Source of the DNA: Callorhinchus milii
Lineage: Eukaryota
Direction: 5' to 3'
Assembly: GCF_018977255.1 (NCBI RefSeq)
Contig: NW_024704843.1
Coordinates: forward strand, 62,001 to 126,000
Length of the DNA stretch: 64,000 nt
The notes beneath the pieces are model-generated. The model saw only the letters and a list, made by a program, of their open reading frames with translations. It ran no database searches and had not been told where the DNA came from. The number at the start of each line of letters is the position of its first letter. The stretch's first letter is position 1. Positions 1-13,185 of the stretch are shown in pieces. Position numbers and translations under genes: made by a program.

Positions 1-165
1 ACTCTCCAGTGAACACGTCATCTTGTTTGTTCATTCGTCTGGAACTGATGGTATTCATGATGCAATCTGTATTGTTACGTTCCCTATAAGTACAAATTTA
101 GTTCAATGTGACGGCAGTGTGTTCACTGAAGTCTCTGCCTTCGGCATCAAGATGTAACAGAGAGC

Positions 166-235
166 ATGGAACATCCAACGTTGTACACAGTAATTGCTAT
201 TTACTACCCCATTCTTGCAGCATTTGGAATTCCTG
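166..235 (+). CDS. GPCR gene A, coding exon 1 (MEHPTLYTVIAIYYPILAAFGIP + G, phase-1 donor)
   Basis: ATG at 166, 23 codons + 1 nt, then GTAAG at 236. Splices in frame to exon 2 (G+TT = Val), giving a continuous TM1 IYYPILAAFGIPVNLLAIVVL. Not in the ORF track. Confidence 0.9.
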
Positions 236-494
236 GTAAGTCTATTTGGTCGCAGTATTATCTATGATCAATAGCTTCCTGCATTGGGTGACAGAAGATA
301 TTTATTAAAGTGGCATATCAGGTTATTCATGTTCGTAGAGAAATATGTAGGTGTCGAAAGGCAGTATTTTTGAATGCGCATAGGAGCGAATGTACCAGGG
401 ATGAGGTGTACGTTAGTCTATGAAAGTAGCATCAGTAGTGGAAAGGGCTGTGATAAAATGTATTCAAAGACTAACAAAGACTGCACAGCACGGA

Positions 495-790
495 ATAATA
501 ATAATAATAATAATAATCCTTGCATTTGATATAGCGCTTTTCACGTCGGGAGGACGTCCCAAAGCGCTTCACAGAACACACTGTAAAGTGAATTGACTGT
601 ATATTTGTGGGCGAACGCGGCAGCCAATTGCGCACAGCAATGTCCCACAAACAGTCGTAGATTGAAAATGACAAATTTATTATTGTTTTGTTTTGGAGGG
701 ATTATTATTAGGCGTGTGGAGTAAGGAAACTTGCCCAAGGTTTCACCCTGCCTGGAACTGAACTCAGGTCACTGAGCTACAGGACTCCAC
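495..790 (-). mobile_element. tRNA-derived SINE with L2-type 3' end and (TTA)n tail; head partly deleted
   Basis: Reverse complement of the intact copy at 13186-13497; (AAT)n tail at 495-516. Confidence 0.85.
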
Positions 791-859
791 GATTTTTAGG
801 ATGGAGCTGAACACGACCAGAAATTGCCCTGAAAACAAAAGAGCCTCAAAATTTACAGT

Positions 860-1055
860 ATAGAAAAGGACTATTCAACCCATCGTGTCTGCGCTATCAA
901 CGATCTAGATGAGGACATTGAAGTTAATATATCTGAATTCGCAGATGACACAAAACTAGGAGGAAGTGTCAACACAGAGGACAACATTAAAAAATGCAGC
1001 GAGACATAGATAGGTTAGGTGATTGGGCAGATAGGTGGCAGATGAAGTATAATGT
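860..1055 (+). mobile_element. CR1-type LINE RT fragment
   Basis: Translates to DLDEDIEVNISEFADDTKLGGSV (RT FADD motif), followed by the W..WQM..N segment. Confidence 0.8.
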
Positions 1056-1059
1056 ATAA

Positions 1060-1430
1060 TGAAGAGGGACGCTCAGATGATTCTGACCAGGTTGTTGTTT
1101 ATAATGGCACGTCCAAGGCACCTCATTACCTATCTGACCTCCTCACTCTACACTCCACTACACAGTGCCTCCTGCTGGTCCCTCACACCCTCCGCCCCAC
1201 CTTTGGAGGTCGCGCTTTCATCCACAACGCCCCCAAAATTCTGGAACACTCCCTCAATACCCCCGCCTTGCCGACTCTCTCCATTCATTAATGGCCCGGC
1301 TGAAAACTTTCCTATTCGACCGTGCTTACGGCTGCCTCCCCCTTACCACCCGGATCGCAGTTAGGCTCCGCCACTCTTAAGCGCTCTGAGACGCTATCCT
1401 GCAAGCAGAGCGCTTCGTAAGTGCAAGTTC
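1060..1430 (+). mobile_element. L2-type LINE 3' fragment
   Basis: APHYLSDLL...GGRAF..NAP..WN..P...LKTFLFDRAY, homologous to the 3' end of the L2 at 29891-31777. Confidence 0.75.
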
Positions 1431-2299
1431 TTCTCCGCGGTGTTGTTGTAATCCACAGGCGTCGTTATTCCCTCCCATAGCCTTGTATTCTCTTCTCACT
1501 CAGGTGAATGTCTATCTTCCTCCTCAATGCACCGAATAAAATCATCAATTTAGACAAGAACTTTCACATTCTCTCTGGTCTCTGGGTAGAGGAATTTCTT
1601 CTCATTTCATTTTCTTATCCCAATATCGCTCACTTATACTTGTGTCGCTTGGTATCGGACTCCCCATAGAATGTCAGCAGCTTCCCAAATTGGCACAACC
1701 TCCGCGACACGATAGATCCCGATCTATCTATCCTCCCGACATCCCTGACCAGAATGACGCGATTTCACAGTCTGCATTACCCACCTCAGACCATTTCTGA
1801 TACCCAAGAAGTAAATCCCTCATTGATTGACGCAACGATTTCGTAATCCTCACCTTTACTCACAAATCAATTCATGTCGTGTCACCTCCCTGATCTCCTT
1901 CCCTGTCTGACCTGCTTACATTCAATAACTGTATCCCCTTTTGACTCAGTCGGCTTCCCTTCCATATGTTTGTTGTCCCCGTTACTCTGCCATCAGTACA
2001 TGTGGTTTGAGACACGACCCATCTCAAACTCTAGAATTTTCTGCCTCTATTCATTCACTGTGTTCTCTGGTTACCTGTCTTCAGATATTGCCGGAATACC
2101 TTACTCTTTGACTCAGTATTAACTTCCGCACTCTCTCCCCACCTTGGTGACAAGCCCCGCTGCTTTTCAGCACACAGGCATGAAAGTTTTTGTTATATAT
2201 GCAAGCCGTTTTTGCCGACAGAGTTCATAAAGGATGGTAGAGTGGGAAACTGATGCAATAATTTTAACTTTGCAAAAGCTATTGCATCAGCTGGAGATT

Positions 2300-2720
2300 T
2301 GCATTCGGTCCGTTTTTAGGAAATAAGTCAAGGATTTGGAGAATTGAAAGAAGCTTTACAAAAATGAAACCAGTGGTGATGCACTTTGGTAATGAGCAAC
2401 GAATGGAAAAGTTGGGTCTATTTACACTGGAGCAGAGAAGGTTGGTAAGTCGCCTTGTAGTGGTAGACCATTATGTAGGATTTTGAAAAACTGAACAGTA
2501 AAAAGCTGTTTGCACCAGCAGAGTATCGCTGTCTTGTGGCCAAAGTTACAAGTTTTTCACAAGAAGAAAGAAATAGGGAGCTTTTGTTGATCTTTGTTAC
2601 TCAGAGTGTTGTTGGGATATGAAATGGCCTGCCTATTCAGATGATAGTGGCATGTAGCCCGTTTTGGGATTAAAGTGGAAATTGGGTGCGATTTTAAAGA
2701 AAATAGCCTAAAAAAGATAT
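2300..2720 (+). mobile_element. Degenerate CR1 3' region
   Basis: Resembles the CR1 3' segments at 9270-9640 and 20290-20700 (ctggagcagagaaggtt..., tcagagtgttgttggg...). Confidence 0.55.
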
Positions 2721-4059
2721 AAGAATATTTTGGGCAGTAAAAGCGAATGCAAATTTTCTTTTGATAACCAGTACAGACCCACTAGGCCGAATAGATTGCT
2801 TTGGTTTGTACAGTTCTCTGATTCTATTATAACTTCTCTGAATCGAAATAGGTCTCCAATCTGATATAATGTTGGTCGCTTTTAATCCAGATAAGCTGCT
2901 ATCAAAAAGGAACTGATTAATTTTGGATCCGAAAAATCAAGTTGAACCATATTGTCGGAGCTATAGAGCAAAATCTCCACACTTCAAGTAATCCACAAAA
3001 TATTATGTTCCTGACAATGGTTACTTCTGATTTCTACATTATTGTTATACGGAATAGAGCTACACGATTCCAAAGCACAATAACTATAGTCGGTAATATT
3101 ATTTTGTGTCAAGATTGATTATGTATAAGCCAGTGTTTCATTGTTTACTATGGAAGATAAATAGTTACACGAAATTATAAAATTGTGAGTTTCTTGTTTT
3201 CTTATATTTCTGTGTTGATATTTTCCATCAGATTTTTAAAAATACCATCGATGATAAAGGTTTTAAAGTCATCTCTTTTCTCTTTGAGTATTCGGATGAA
3301 TGCGACTAAAACAGTGGTCTAATAATCCAAGGTTTATCAAGTAATACAAAGAGATGAACTGACTCTTAAAGCTCAGAAATAGATGCAGTGGAATCGACAT
3401 TGATTCTACTGGAAATTGCGCTGACCCAACTCAACAGAAATTCAACTAATTCAAAGTTACATTTATCGTTTATGTATTTTATAGACACTTCCCCTTGTCT
3501 TAAATAGTACGAACAATTTGCAGGCAAGTGATCTTTGACGCGGCACCTTGGCTTTAGTAAAATAACTGAAATGGATAGCTTCTGGGGAGGATTCATGTTT
3601 ATTTAGTGTTGATTTAATCAGATGGCAAGGAATGCGCTTCTCTCTCTGATCCCCGTTATTCACAGCTGTTCTCAATGACATGATCAGCTAATTGTTAGAT
3701 GAGAGTATGAGATAGAACCAGGAACTGAGCGAGTGAACGTTATCAGAACCTGACCTTTTCAGTTAATTTCCCTTCGGAAGCAATTGAAGAAATCGAAAGT
3801 AAACGCTGCCGAACATAACACGGATTTACGTTTCATATCAAACTAAGTTAGGTATGTGAATAATGTCCTTGTGCAATCAGCCGTTCAGAATGTTTCTTTA
3901 CGCTTTACATGATTTACAGTAAATTTCACTCACTGCATTTTGTGTGAACATGATTGAATCAATTCAATGAAAGCGCAACCAAATATGACATCTTTAATTT
4001 TTAACATATCAATTTTTATTTGTATAAATTACATTTTCTGCTTTTATTGCTTCTCGCAG

Positions 4060-4970
4060 TTAATTTGCTGGCGATTGTGGTCCTGTCACGTGGAAATTGC
4101 GGTCTCTCCCAATGCATCACTCGCTACTTGGTAGCCATGGCAGCGGCTGATCTCCTGGTTGTCCTTGCAGATGTGTTGCTGAATAAAATAAACAATTTGT
4201 ATTTCCCATTAAATATCTTATTCTACACTCCAGTGTGTAGTACTCGAGTTGTGTTGATGAGTATCGCTATCCACAGCTCTCTGTGGTTCACTGTGGCTTT
4301 CACTTTTGATCGTTTTGTAGCCATTTGCTGCCAAAAACTGAAACCAATATATTGCACGGAGAAAGTAGCCACAGTGGTTATTGTAAATCTGTCTATTTTC
4401 ATCTGCTCACTGAGCATTCCCTGGTATTTTGTATTTGATCCACATATTACAGTTAACTATTCTCCATGGTACTGCGTCTTTAAATCAAGCTTTCATACCT
4501 TGCAAACCTGGAAAGCGTTTGAAAGGCTTCACCGTATTGTTGTTCCCATGTTTGGTTTTGCTTTCGTTTGCCTGTTTAACTGTCTGACTATCAGGCACAT
4601 TCTTGTTGCCAACAACGTCCGCAGGAGGCTTCGGGTTCAGAGAAATGCTGAGAAAACTATTGATCCACAGTTAGAAAATCGAAGAAAATCCGTCATTTTA
4701 CTCTTCACCATATCGGGCAGTCTTGTACTACTGTGGATAACTAATGTAATACATTGCTTCAAATGGCAACTTTCCAATTTTAATTACACAGCAGCGTTTG
4801 TCATTAATAAGAGGTACATAGTGCAAGAAACTGGAATCATGCTACAAAGGTTGAGTTGCTGTACCAACCTCTGCATTTATGCTTTGACTCAGACCAAGTT
4901 CAGAGAAGAGCTTCGGAAAGGAATAGTTTATCCATTCCATATCATTGCTAAATTCATAAAGTTATGGTAA
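4060..4970 (+). CDS. GPCR gene A, coding exon 2; class A 7TM receptor, GPR139/GPR142-like (~326 aa spliced)
   Basis: Pyrimidine tract + CAG acceptor at 4057-4059. ORF 4020..4970 shows TM2 LVAMAAADLLV, TM3 AFTFDRFVAICC, TM6 LFTISGSLVLLW, TM7 NLCIYALTQTKFREEL, and a TAA stop. Confidence 0.9.
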
Positions 4971-5599
4971 GACTTGACTTCGCACATAGTAGAACTTCAG
5001 AAATATCAGTGAATGCATTCACATAAAGGGAAGCCTTATAACATGATGAACCAATCCACAATATGCGCTTGTTCTGTTTGCATAAGAAGGGATTTGCTAT
5101 TGTGTATTGAAAGACAAAATGTCACAAATATGTTATGAAATGTGTTTGAGTTTGCTGAATGTGCACTCCTCCACGGAAGCATTGTAAACTTGTTATTCAG
5201 AAGCATTTTATTTGTTTTGTGATTAAATATTGGGAATAAAATAAAAAATGTTGAATTCTGCAGAAAATCTAAAAGGAACAACAGTTTGACGCATTCATGA
5301 GTTGCTTTCCATCGAATTTCTTTCAAATAATAATAAGAATCACAAATGATGTAAAGTTTTTCAAGGTCTTCAAGACTTCTCAATGCTTCATTGTCAATGT
5401 GAGTTGACAATATATATATGAGCGAAACGCGGCAGGGATTTGCAAACAGCAGAATCCCACAAGCAGTCGTTTATTGAGGGACCAAACCGTTATTGAATCT
5501 TTGGAGCCGTTACTCTCCCGAAAAATATGATCAGCGAATCGACTACCAACCAGTTTCCTACTTGCTTCAAGATAAACAGAGGCTGGGTGTAGTTGACGA

Positions 5600-6035
5600 T
5601 TGGAAGAGTGTGTGAAGAAATGGGGTGAGTTGTGTGTAATGGCGTGTGGTGCAGGTTAGGGTTGATGTGCTGGTCAAGGTGTGAGTGAGAGTTGAGGGGC
5701 AGGGAGTGTGTGATGATGGGCAAGGCCGTGGTTTGTTTGACGAAGGGGAGCAACTGATTGTGGCTGAGAGTGGGGGAGAATGGTTGTGTTTGAAGTTGTG
5801 GAGGTTGGTGGTGGTTAGAATGGGGATGGGATACGTGTGGTTGAGGATTGAGAGGAGGTCCGTGTATTTTGACTGAGGAATGGGAGGGGCTGAATGTCGG
5901 TGAGGGTGGTTGTGGTGTGTGAGGGTGTAAGTGAGAATGGGGAGCGGATGGCTGCGGGCGCTGACGTTGATGATTTGGGATTGGGTGCAGATGCGGATGG
6001 GCTGGTTGTGTGTGAGGATAGGAAGAGGCTGGATG
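5600..6035. repeat. GT/GA-rich low-complexity tract (related tracts at 6720-6810 and 8415-8660)
   Basis: Recurring gtgtgagtgaggatgggg-like words. Confidence 0.7.
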
Positions 6036-6039
6036 CTTG

Positions 6040-6716
6040 TGACTAGTCACGTCACGTTTGACGTCCCACAGGGCTCTGTCCTTGGCCCTCTCCTCTTTAA
6101 TATACACATGTTCCTCCTTGCTGGTATCACCCACAGACATGAGGTTAACTTCCGCATGTATGCGGATGACACCGATCTCTATCTTTCTGCCTCCACCCTC
6201 AACTCCAGTGCCACTGCTTTCCCGACAGAGTGCCTGTCTTCCCCCAACTTCAGCTTCAGGATCACTGCTGTCTCGACAGACTGCCTGTCGGACATCAAGT
6301 CCTGGATGAGGGCGAATTTCTTACAGCTGAATGTGAACAAGACTGAGGCAGTCCTGAATGGCTCGCGCTAGCGCCTCTACACCTCAGGCTCCTGCAGCAT
6401 CAACCGTCTTGGTTGCACACTGCAACTCACCAAGCCAGGCAAGAACCTAGGTGACTTGCTCAACACTCAAATGTCTTTTCTACCCCACTTTCAAGCCACG
6501 ACCAGATCTGTCTTCCCTCAACTCAGTAACATATTCCGACTCCGCCACTGCCTCACCTCTCAAGACAATGTCATCGGGAAAAACCCGTCTCCTCCCCCCA
6601 GCACTTCCTCATCCGACTCCAGCTCCAGTCTGAAATGCCGTACTTTGTCCGGCGCCTTGGGAAGTCCTCCAGACGTGAAAGGCGCTATACAAATGCAATC
6701 ATGTTGTTGTTGTTTT
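6040..6716 (+). mobile_element. L2 LINE RT fragment, internally deleted, with 3' end and (TTG)n tail
   Basis: [17 protein letters not shown]...MYADDTDLYLS...CLSDIKSWMRANFLQLN. 3' end gcgccttgggaagtcctccagacgtgaaaggcgc followed by tgttgttgttg. Confidence 0.9.
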
Positions 6717-7079
6717 TGAGGAGGAGGGGTTGGATATGAGTGAGGACGGAGAGGGGCTGCGTGTGAGTGAGGATGGGGAGGGGCTGATTTTGGTTTTGTG
6801 TGCGCAGAAGGGCAACAACAACATATAACAACAAATCAGAATTGTGAAGCGCCCTTCCCGTGTGGGGCTGGGTGGAGGTGAGAATGCGGAAAGACGTCCC
6901 AGTTGAACCCACTGCGGGGAAACTTATCCCCAGTTTCCTGGTTGCCCAAAGCTGATATTATTGACGCACTGAATGGGGGGTGGAGTTTTTGATGCCCCCA
7001 AGTCCAGGCAGAAACTGTCCTTTCGGCCCAACTGTGTTTATGGTCCACATGAGTCTCCTACTAACACCCTCAACTACGC

Positions 7080-7560
7080 TTTCACGCAAAACCTTTTACT
7101 CCTTTCTCGCTCATGTACCTATGTAACTTTCCCTTAAATGTATATACCCTATTTGCCTGAACAGCTGCTTCTGGCATGTTCCACATGCCCACTACTCTCC
7201 GTGTAAAGAAACTGCTTCTAACTTCCTTGCTTGGTCTACTTGTGATTGTTTTACATTGATGGCCATTGGTTTTTGTTTCCCCTCGAAGTGGCAATATCAT
7301 TCCTACGTCTATCGTACTCTAATTCATTTTAAAGATCGCTATCTATTCAACCTTCGCCCTACTCTTTTTAAGAGAAAAGCGTCGAGTCCAGATATGTTCA
7401 GCCATTCCTCATAGGTATAACCTCTCAGCTCTCGGATCTGCCTTGTGAATCTCCTTCGCACTATCTCCAGTGCCTCTACATCTCTTCTATAATGTGGGGA
7501 ACAGAGCTGCACGAAGTATTATAAATTTGTTCTAATTATGTATAAGCTTGCATAATTCAT
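7080..7560 (-). mobile_element. CR1 LINE 3' fragment
   Basis: Minus-strand ORF with EVRSSFFTRRVVGMWN...FKGKLHRYM, typical of the CR1 ORF2 C-terminus. Confidence 0.8.
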
Positions 7561-7811
7561 ATTAAACATTACTTTTCATACGCAAATGTTTGTCAGTTTA
7601 TACTTCATCAAACGCTCACCCATTAAACAACGCTTATATTTGGCGGCTGTCAGTTTTTCAATCAGAGATAAAACAGTTCTCACGATGAGAATGTGCAGAG
7701 TCAGTCACGCCAACCTGATGGTAAACAAAGCAACAATAATAACCGAGGCTCTTTACAGATCTACACTACATCTACACTGCGTGCAGGCACTGAAGGTAAC
7801 CATCCGTGTTT

Positions 7812-8413
7812 GTACTAAGCTGTTCACAATGGTGTGAACGCTGAGCTGGTCACCGTGGGGTTAGTGTTGAGCTGGTCAACATGGTGTTAGTGCTGAGCTG
7901 CTCACCATGGTGTTTGTGCTGAGTTGGTCACCACCGTTTAAGTGCTGAGCTGGTCACCATGTTGTTAGTGCTGAGCTGGTCACCAAGATGCTCATGCTGA
8001 GCTGGTCACCATGGTGTTAATGCTGAGCTGCTCACCATGGTGTTTGTGCTGAGCTGGTCACAATGTTGTCAGTGCTGAGCTGGTCACAATGGTGCTTGTG
8101 CTGAGCAGGCCACCATGGTGTTAGTCCTGAGCTGGTCACCATGGTGTTTGTGCTGAGCTGGTCAGCATAGTTTTAGTGCTGATCTGGTCACCATGGTGTT
8201 AGTGCTGCGCTGCTCACCATGGTGTTAGTGCTGAGCTGGCCACCATGGGGATAATGCTGAACTGATCACCATGCTGTTAGTGCTGAGCTGGTCACCATGC
8301 TGTTAGTACTGAGATGGTCTACATGGTGTTAGTGATGAGATGGTCACCATGGTTTTAGTGCTGAGCTGGTCACCATGGTGTTCGTGCTGAGCTGGTCACA
8401 ATGGTGTTAGTGC
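7812..8413. repeat. 26-bp minisatellite (GTGCTGAGCTGGTCACCATGGTGTTA)n, ~22 units
   Basis: Directly visible head-to-tail repeats without spacers. Confidence 0.95.
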
Positions 8414-9269
8414 GGACGAAGGGACTGAGTTTGGTTGATTAGGGGGAGGCTCTTGGTGTAATTGAGGAGGGGTTGATAAGTGGGAGGGAATGAGTGTGGC
8501 TGATGGGGGCGGGGGCGGTCTGTGTGTTGGTGAGTATGATTAGGCCTTTGTGTGAGTGAGGATGGGAGGAGCTGCGTGTGTATTTGTTTGTGGATGGGGA
8601 GGGGCTGGAAGGGGCGTGGCAACAACAGTGTGCAGGACTGCTGAGGTTCAACTGGGATAGTGTACACCAACAAATTACACTTATGTAGCGTCCTTCACAT
8701 CGGAAAGGCCTCCCAGTTGAACCCCTGCAGGGCTTCTTATCCCCAGTGTTCTGTTTGTTCAAAGCTGTCAATAATCACACACTGAAATGGGGAGGAATTT
8801 AAAAAGCCCCCAACTACAGGCTGATTGAAGAGGCTTTGAGACCTGCAGTACAAGCGCATGTCCAGCAGTTGGCGGTGCCGCACTGTAATTCCTTTAGTGT
8901 GTTCACATTACAACACCCCCGTACATTGGCTGACCGCGGTATTACAGCTCCAAGAGTATTCAGTTAAAATATTCTTACGTTTTCAACAAAAGAAGAAACA
9001 ATCTGCATTTGTTTTGCCGCTTTGACTTCGCATCAAGACTCGGAGCCATAGCTCCGGATTGTTTTACAATAAAAGAATACATTCTCATTCCCTTGTATCT
9101 GTTTACGTAAATGAACAATTCCCCACTTAATCCGATGTCATTGATTTTATTACTCATTTACCCGTTCTGGGTATCACCATCTAATTCTAGAGAGTGGTCA
9201 GACAGGGAAATCAATTTCTTTCCTCGTCGTCTCTTCGGGTGGCTGTTGTTTATTTCAGTATCATAATAG

Positions 9270-9643
9270 ACGAATAAAAGGGGATCTTGTAGAAACCTGT
9301 ACGATCATCAAAGGGCATGATCGAATAGATAGTGGGAGATTGTTTCCCCTGGTTGGAGAAACTAAAACCAGTGGTTACAGTCTTAAAATCAGAGGTAGCT
9401 CTTTCGCACTGAGTTAAGGAAGAATGTGTTCACTCAAATGGTGGTGAATGTATGGAGCTCACTGCCCAAAGGGCTGTTGACGCTCAGTCCTTGAACATGT
9501 TCAAGACTGAAATGGATAGATTTCTTATTGCAAAACGGGTTAAGGGATGTGGGGATAAGGTAGTGTCAGGTTAGTTGCTGGAGTTAGATTAAAAGATCAG
9601 CCATTATTTAATGGCAGGACAGACTCGAAGGTCCAAATGGCCT
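9270..9643 (+). mobile_element. CR1 LINE 3' end
   Basis: ggggatcttgtagaaac...gtggtgaatgtatggagctcactgcc...ggcaggacagactcgaaggtccaaatggcct, running into the gap. Confidence 0.85.
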
Positions 9644-9802
9644 NNNNNNNNNNNNNNNNNNNNNNNNNNNNNNNNNNNNNNNNNNNNNNNNNNNNNNNNN
9701 NNNNNNNNNNNNNNNNNNNNNNNNNNNNNNNNNNNNNNNNNNNNNNNNNNNNNNNNNNNNNNNNNNNNNNNNNNNNNNNNNNNNNNNNNNNNNNNNNNNN
9801 NN

Positions 9803-10366
9803 CTGCTGCAGATTCCGTCTTCTTTACAGCTTTCTTGTTTTGGTAGGTTTTGGCGTGTTATACGCTATCGGTTCCTCTGTCATTTGGTATCGGGAGACTT
9901 GGCTTTGCTGATTCTGTTAGACACTGGTGGTTAACGGGGTGAATTTGGCTTTCTCACTGTACGTTTCACCGTGAGTAGATTTATTGGTGACCCCTGTCTT
10001 CCCCACGGGGTCGGATTATTTGCCTGGATGCCCTTTTCTGTTTGCAGAAGTCGGTGGCGCTGACGCCCTTGGTCTGGGTCAGGAAACTTTTCTCCGTCAG
10101 TCCCTTCAAAGAACACCTGACCTGGAATTTGTGAGTTACCGTCTTGTAGACTTTGGCGTCCTGAGCCTTCTTGATGGCGACCACGGACATGCCATTGCGC
10201 TGCTCAGCGCTCGCCGCAATCTGATGGATCTCTACCATCAGTTTGAAGCTGGATTCCAGCAACGGGTCAACTTCTTGGCGGTTTCGGGGGCAGCGGCGGC
10301 GGCGGCTGCTGCAGGAGTTTGCGTGACTTTGGGTGGAACAATTTCAGCGGTGAGAGGCTCAGTGTT
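9803..10366 (-). pseudogene. H1: Histone H1 pseudogene (frameshifted, start lost, 3' end runs into the gap)
   Basis: Globular domain AASAEQRNGMSVVAIKKA...SLKGLTEKSFLTQTKGVSA aligns to H1 AASKERSGVSLAALKKA...GLKSLVSKGTLVQTKGTGA. The Ala/Pro-rich N-tail (TAEIVPP...TPAAAAAAAAPETAKK) and Lys-rich C-tail remnants (VKRTVRKPNSP, KKAVKKTE) lie in other frames. Confidence 0.85.
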
Positions 10367-10451
10367 TGGAGCTGCTCAGAATAGTGAAGCCAGGCGGAGC
10401 TACAGAAACTTGCAGCCATACTCTCTTCTCAGCTTCCTGGTTCCTTATCTC

Positions 10452-10458
10452 TGTGTTT
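10452..10458 (-). promoter_or_regulatory. H1-box (AAACACA) upstream of the H1 pseudogene
   Basis: AAACACA ~90 nt upstream of the former start; GC-box-like CTCCGCCT at 10392-10399. Confidence 0.45.
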
Positions 10459-11134
10459 CTCTCGCTTGTTAGACTGACCGTTTCTCTAAAACTTGTTTGT
10501 TCTGTGAGTGAAGAATAGCGTTGTACACAACTTTATCCAGGAAAGTATACACCAGGCAGGTAATTTCCAGTGTAATTCGCTCTGTGCGAAGCATGTGCTG
10601 GTGTTTCCCAGAGTTTGTCACATTTTGGCTGCTCAGTTCGTAACACACTCAGGCAGAAGCTCCATAAAGTGTCAGTTTATAGGGGAAAGGATTTCTTTTG
10701 TTGTGCTAAAAGGTTGTTAATCATTAACTAAACCGATATAGATATCCAGAAATGTGTTACATTATGAATGAAGTTAAAACGGAACATTCGCAACCATTTG
10801 TCAATCCCCCATGAATTACAGTAAAAGGGATAAGCGCAGATACTAGTGATCTGAACCACACAGTACCAGTAGGAGACCAAAATTATACGATTTGTATTCT
10901 CTCCACAAAGCTGAACAGATAGAGCTTTGAAATCCATTGTCAGGTTACAGTGGCTGTGGACATAAGATCACAGTCTCAGACTCACACACGCACACACACA
11001 CGCGCACACACAAACACACACACATACATACAAGATCTGCCTCACAAAGTAATACCAAATGTAGATATTAGATGGCGATCCCTCACACAGCGCAAACATG
11101 TGGATGTGACCCAAGTAGCTCAGTGAGAGCCAGA

Positions 11135-12562
11135 AATTCAACCTGGAATGCAATGCTGACATCACTGGACTGCATTTGAGATATCACTGGAATGTAATGG
11201 TGACGTCATTGGTCTGCAATGGTGGAATTGCTGGACTGTAACGGTGATTCAATGAACTGGACTGTGAAAGTGACATGACTGGACTGTAATGGTGACATGA
11301 CTGTACTGTAATAGTGATATCATTATACTGCTACTGAGACATCACTGCACCTTAGAATTGACCTGAATGGACTGCAATGCTGACATGAATGGACATTAAT
11401 GCTGGCATCACTGGCCTTTAACGGCAACATGACTGGACCCTAATGGTGACTGAGTGTTCTGTAATGCTGACATTACTGGACTACAATGTTGGCATTACTG
11501 GACTACAATGTTGACATGATTGGACTCTAATTGTGACATGATTTGACGGTAATGGTGACATGATTGGACTGTAATGGTGACATGACTGGATTGCAATGGT
11601 GATATGAATGGACTGCAATAGTGACATGACTGGACTGTATTGGTGACTTAAATGGATTATAACTGTGACATGACTGGACGGTCATGGTGACATGACTGGA
11701 CGGTAATGGTGAAATAACTGGACTGTAGTGGTGACACGACTGGACAGTAATGGTGACATGACTGGACTGTAATGGTGACATGACTCGACTGTAATGTGGA
11801 CATGAATTGACTGCAATTGTGACATGACTGGACTGTAACGGTGACTTAAATGGACTATAATTGTGACATGACTGGACGGTAATGGTGACATAACTGGACT
11901 GTAATGGTGACATGACTCGACTGTAATGTGGACATGAATTGACTGCAATTGTGACATGACTGGACTGTAATGGTGACTTAAATGGACTGTAATTGTGACA
12001 TGACTGGACGGTAATGGTGACATAACTGGACTGTAATGGTGACATGACTGGACAGTAATGGTGACATGACTGGTCTCTAATAGTGACATGACGGGAATGT
12101 AACGGTGACATGACTGGACTGTAATGGTGACTTAAATGGACTATAATTGTGACATGACTGGACGGTAATGGTGACATAACTGTATAGTAATGTTGAGATA
12201 ACTGGCCTGCAATGGTGACATGACTGGACTGTAATGGTGACATAACTGGACTCTAATGGAGACATGAATGGTCTTTAATTGTGACATGACTGGATTGTAA
12301 TGGAGACATGACTGGACTGTAACGGTGATATATCTGGACTGTAATGGTGGCATGACTGGACTCTAATTGTGATATGACTGGACTGTAATGGTGGCATGAC
12401 TGGAATGTAATGGTAACATGAATGGACTCTAATGGTGACATGTCTGGACTCTAATGGCGACATGACTGGAATGTAATGGTGACATGACTGGACTGTAATG
12501 GTGACGTGACTGGACTGTAATGGTGACATGACTGTACTGTAATGGTGACATGACTGGACTGA
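11135..12562. repeat. 22-bp minisatellite (GACTGGACTGTAATGGTGACAT)n, ~60 units, with a 132-bp higher-order duplication
   Basis: Direct repeats; the variant word gactcgactgtaatgtggac recurs at 11782 and 11914. Confidence 0.95.
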
Positions 12563-13185
12563 TATGGAGAGGGAACCGCAGCGCTTTACAATCGTGGCTG
12601 ATAATCAGGAACATGGGGTTCAGGGCAGAGGCGAGAGAGGCCATTCTGCACATGTGTGGACATGGTGGGTCGACATTGTAAAGAACTATCACATACCTGT
12701 ACTCTAAAGCATTTTTAATAGAGAAGAAAAGATCAAGAAATATGCAGTTTTGCTCCAGTATATCGACATTTTATAGTGGTTATTCATTAACTTATTTGCA
12801 TCCTGCAATGTGTGGAACACAACAATACAACCCAGAATGCCTGGAAATAGCTTATGTTGACATACACTATAGCGACATAAAGTGTATGAAATTATGCGAG
12901 GGTTGTGATGTGCTTGGGCTGTGGTGCTGCTCTCAAACTATTAACACACACGTTTGTCAAGCTCCACTCCTCGCACTCTCTCTATTCTGAACATAATACT
13001 ATCTGATTTTATTCTTTCTCTCTCCAGTCTAACCTCACTTTCAAATCCACCACTCTCCGTCCATATTCTCACGCTTACCCCTGGGGTCTGTGATAGTTCT
13101 CGTTTCTATGTGGCGGATTGCGGAACACTATTGGTGTCATGATGCACCAAATCGGGTTACGGGAGTCAAGGATTTGACTCAGAAA

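Noticed and set aside
58-81. bZIP-like motifs near the GPCR starts (TGATGCAAT at 58-66; TTACGTAA at 18911-18918)
   Set aside because: Short motifs expected by chance and not positionally conserved between the paralogs; they cannot be supported without conservation data.
7812-8413. CRISPR-like appearance of the 26-bp partly palindromic repeat
   Set aside because: Units are contiguous with no unique spacers, there are no cas genes, and the context is eukaryotic.
9984-10472. 162-aa plus-strand ORF with a poly-Ala run
   Set aside because: Antisense shadow of the H1 pseudogene; no recognisable protein features.
11527-12243. 238-aa His/Ser/Pro repeat ORF
   Set aside because: By-product of the 22-bp minisatellite (22-aa period = 3 units).
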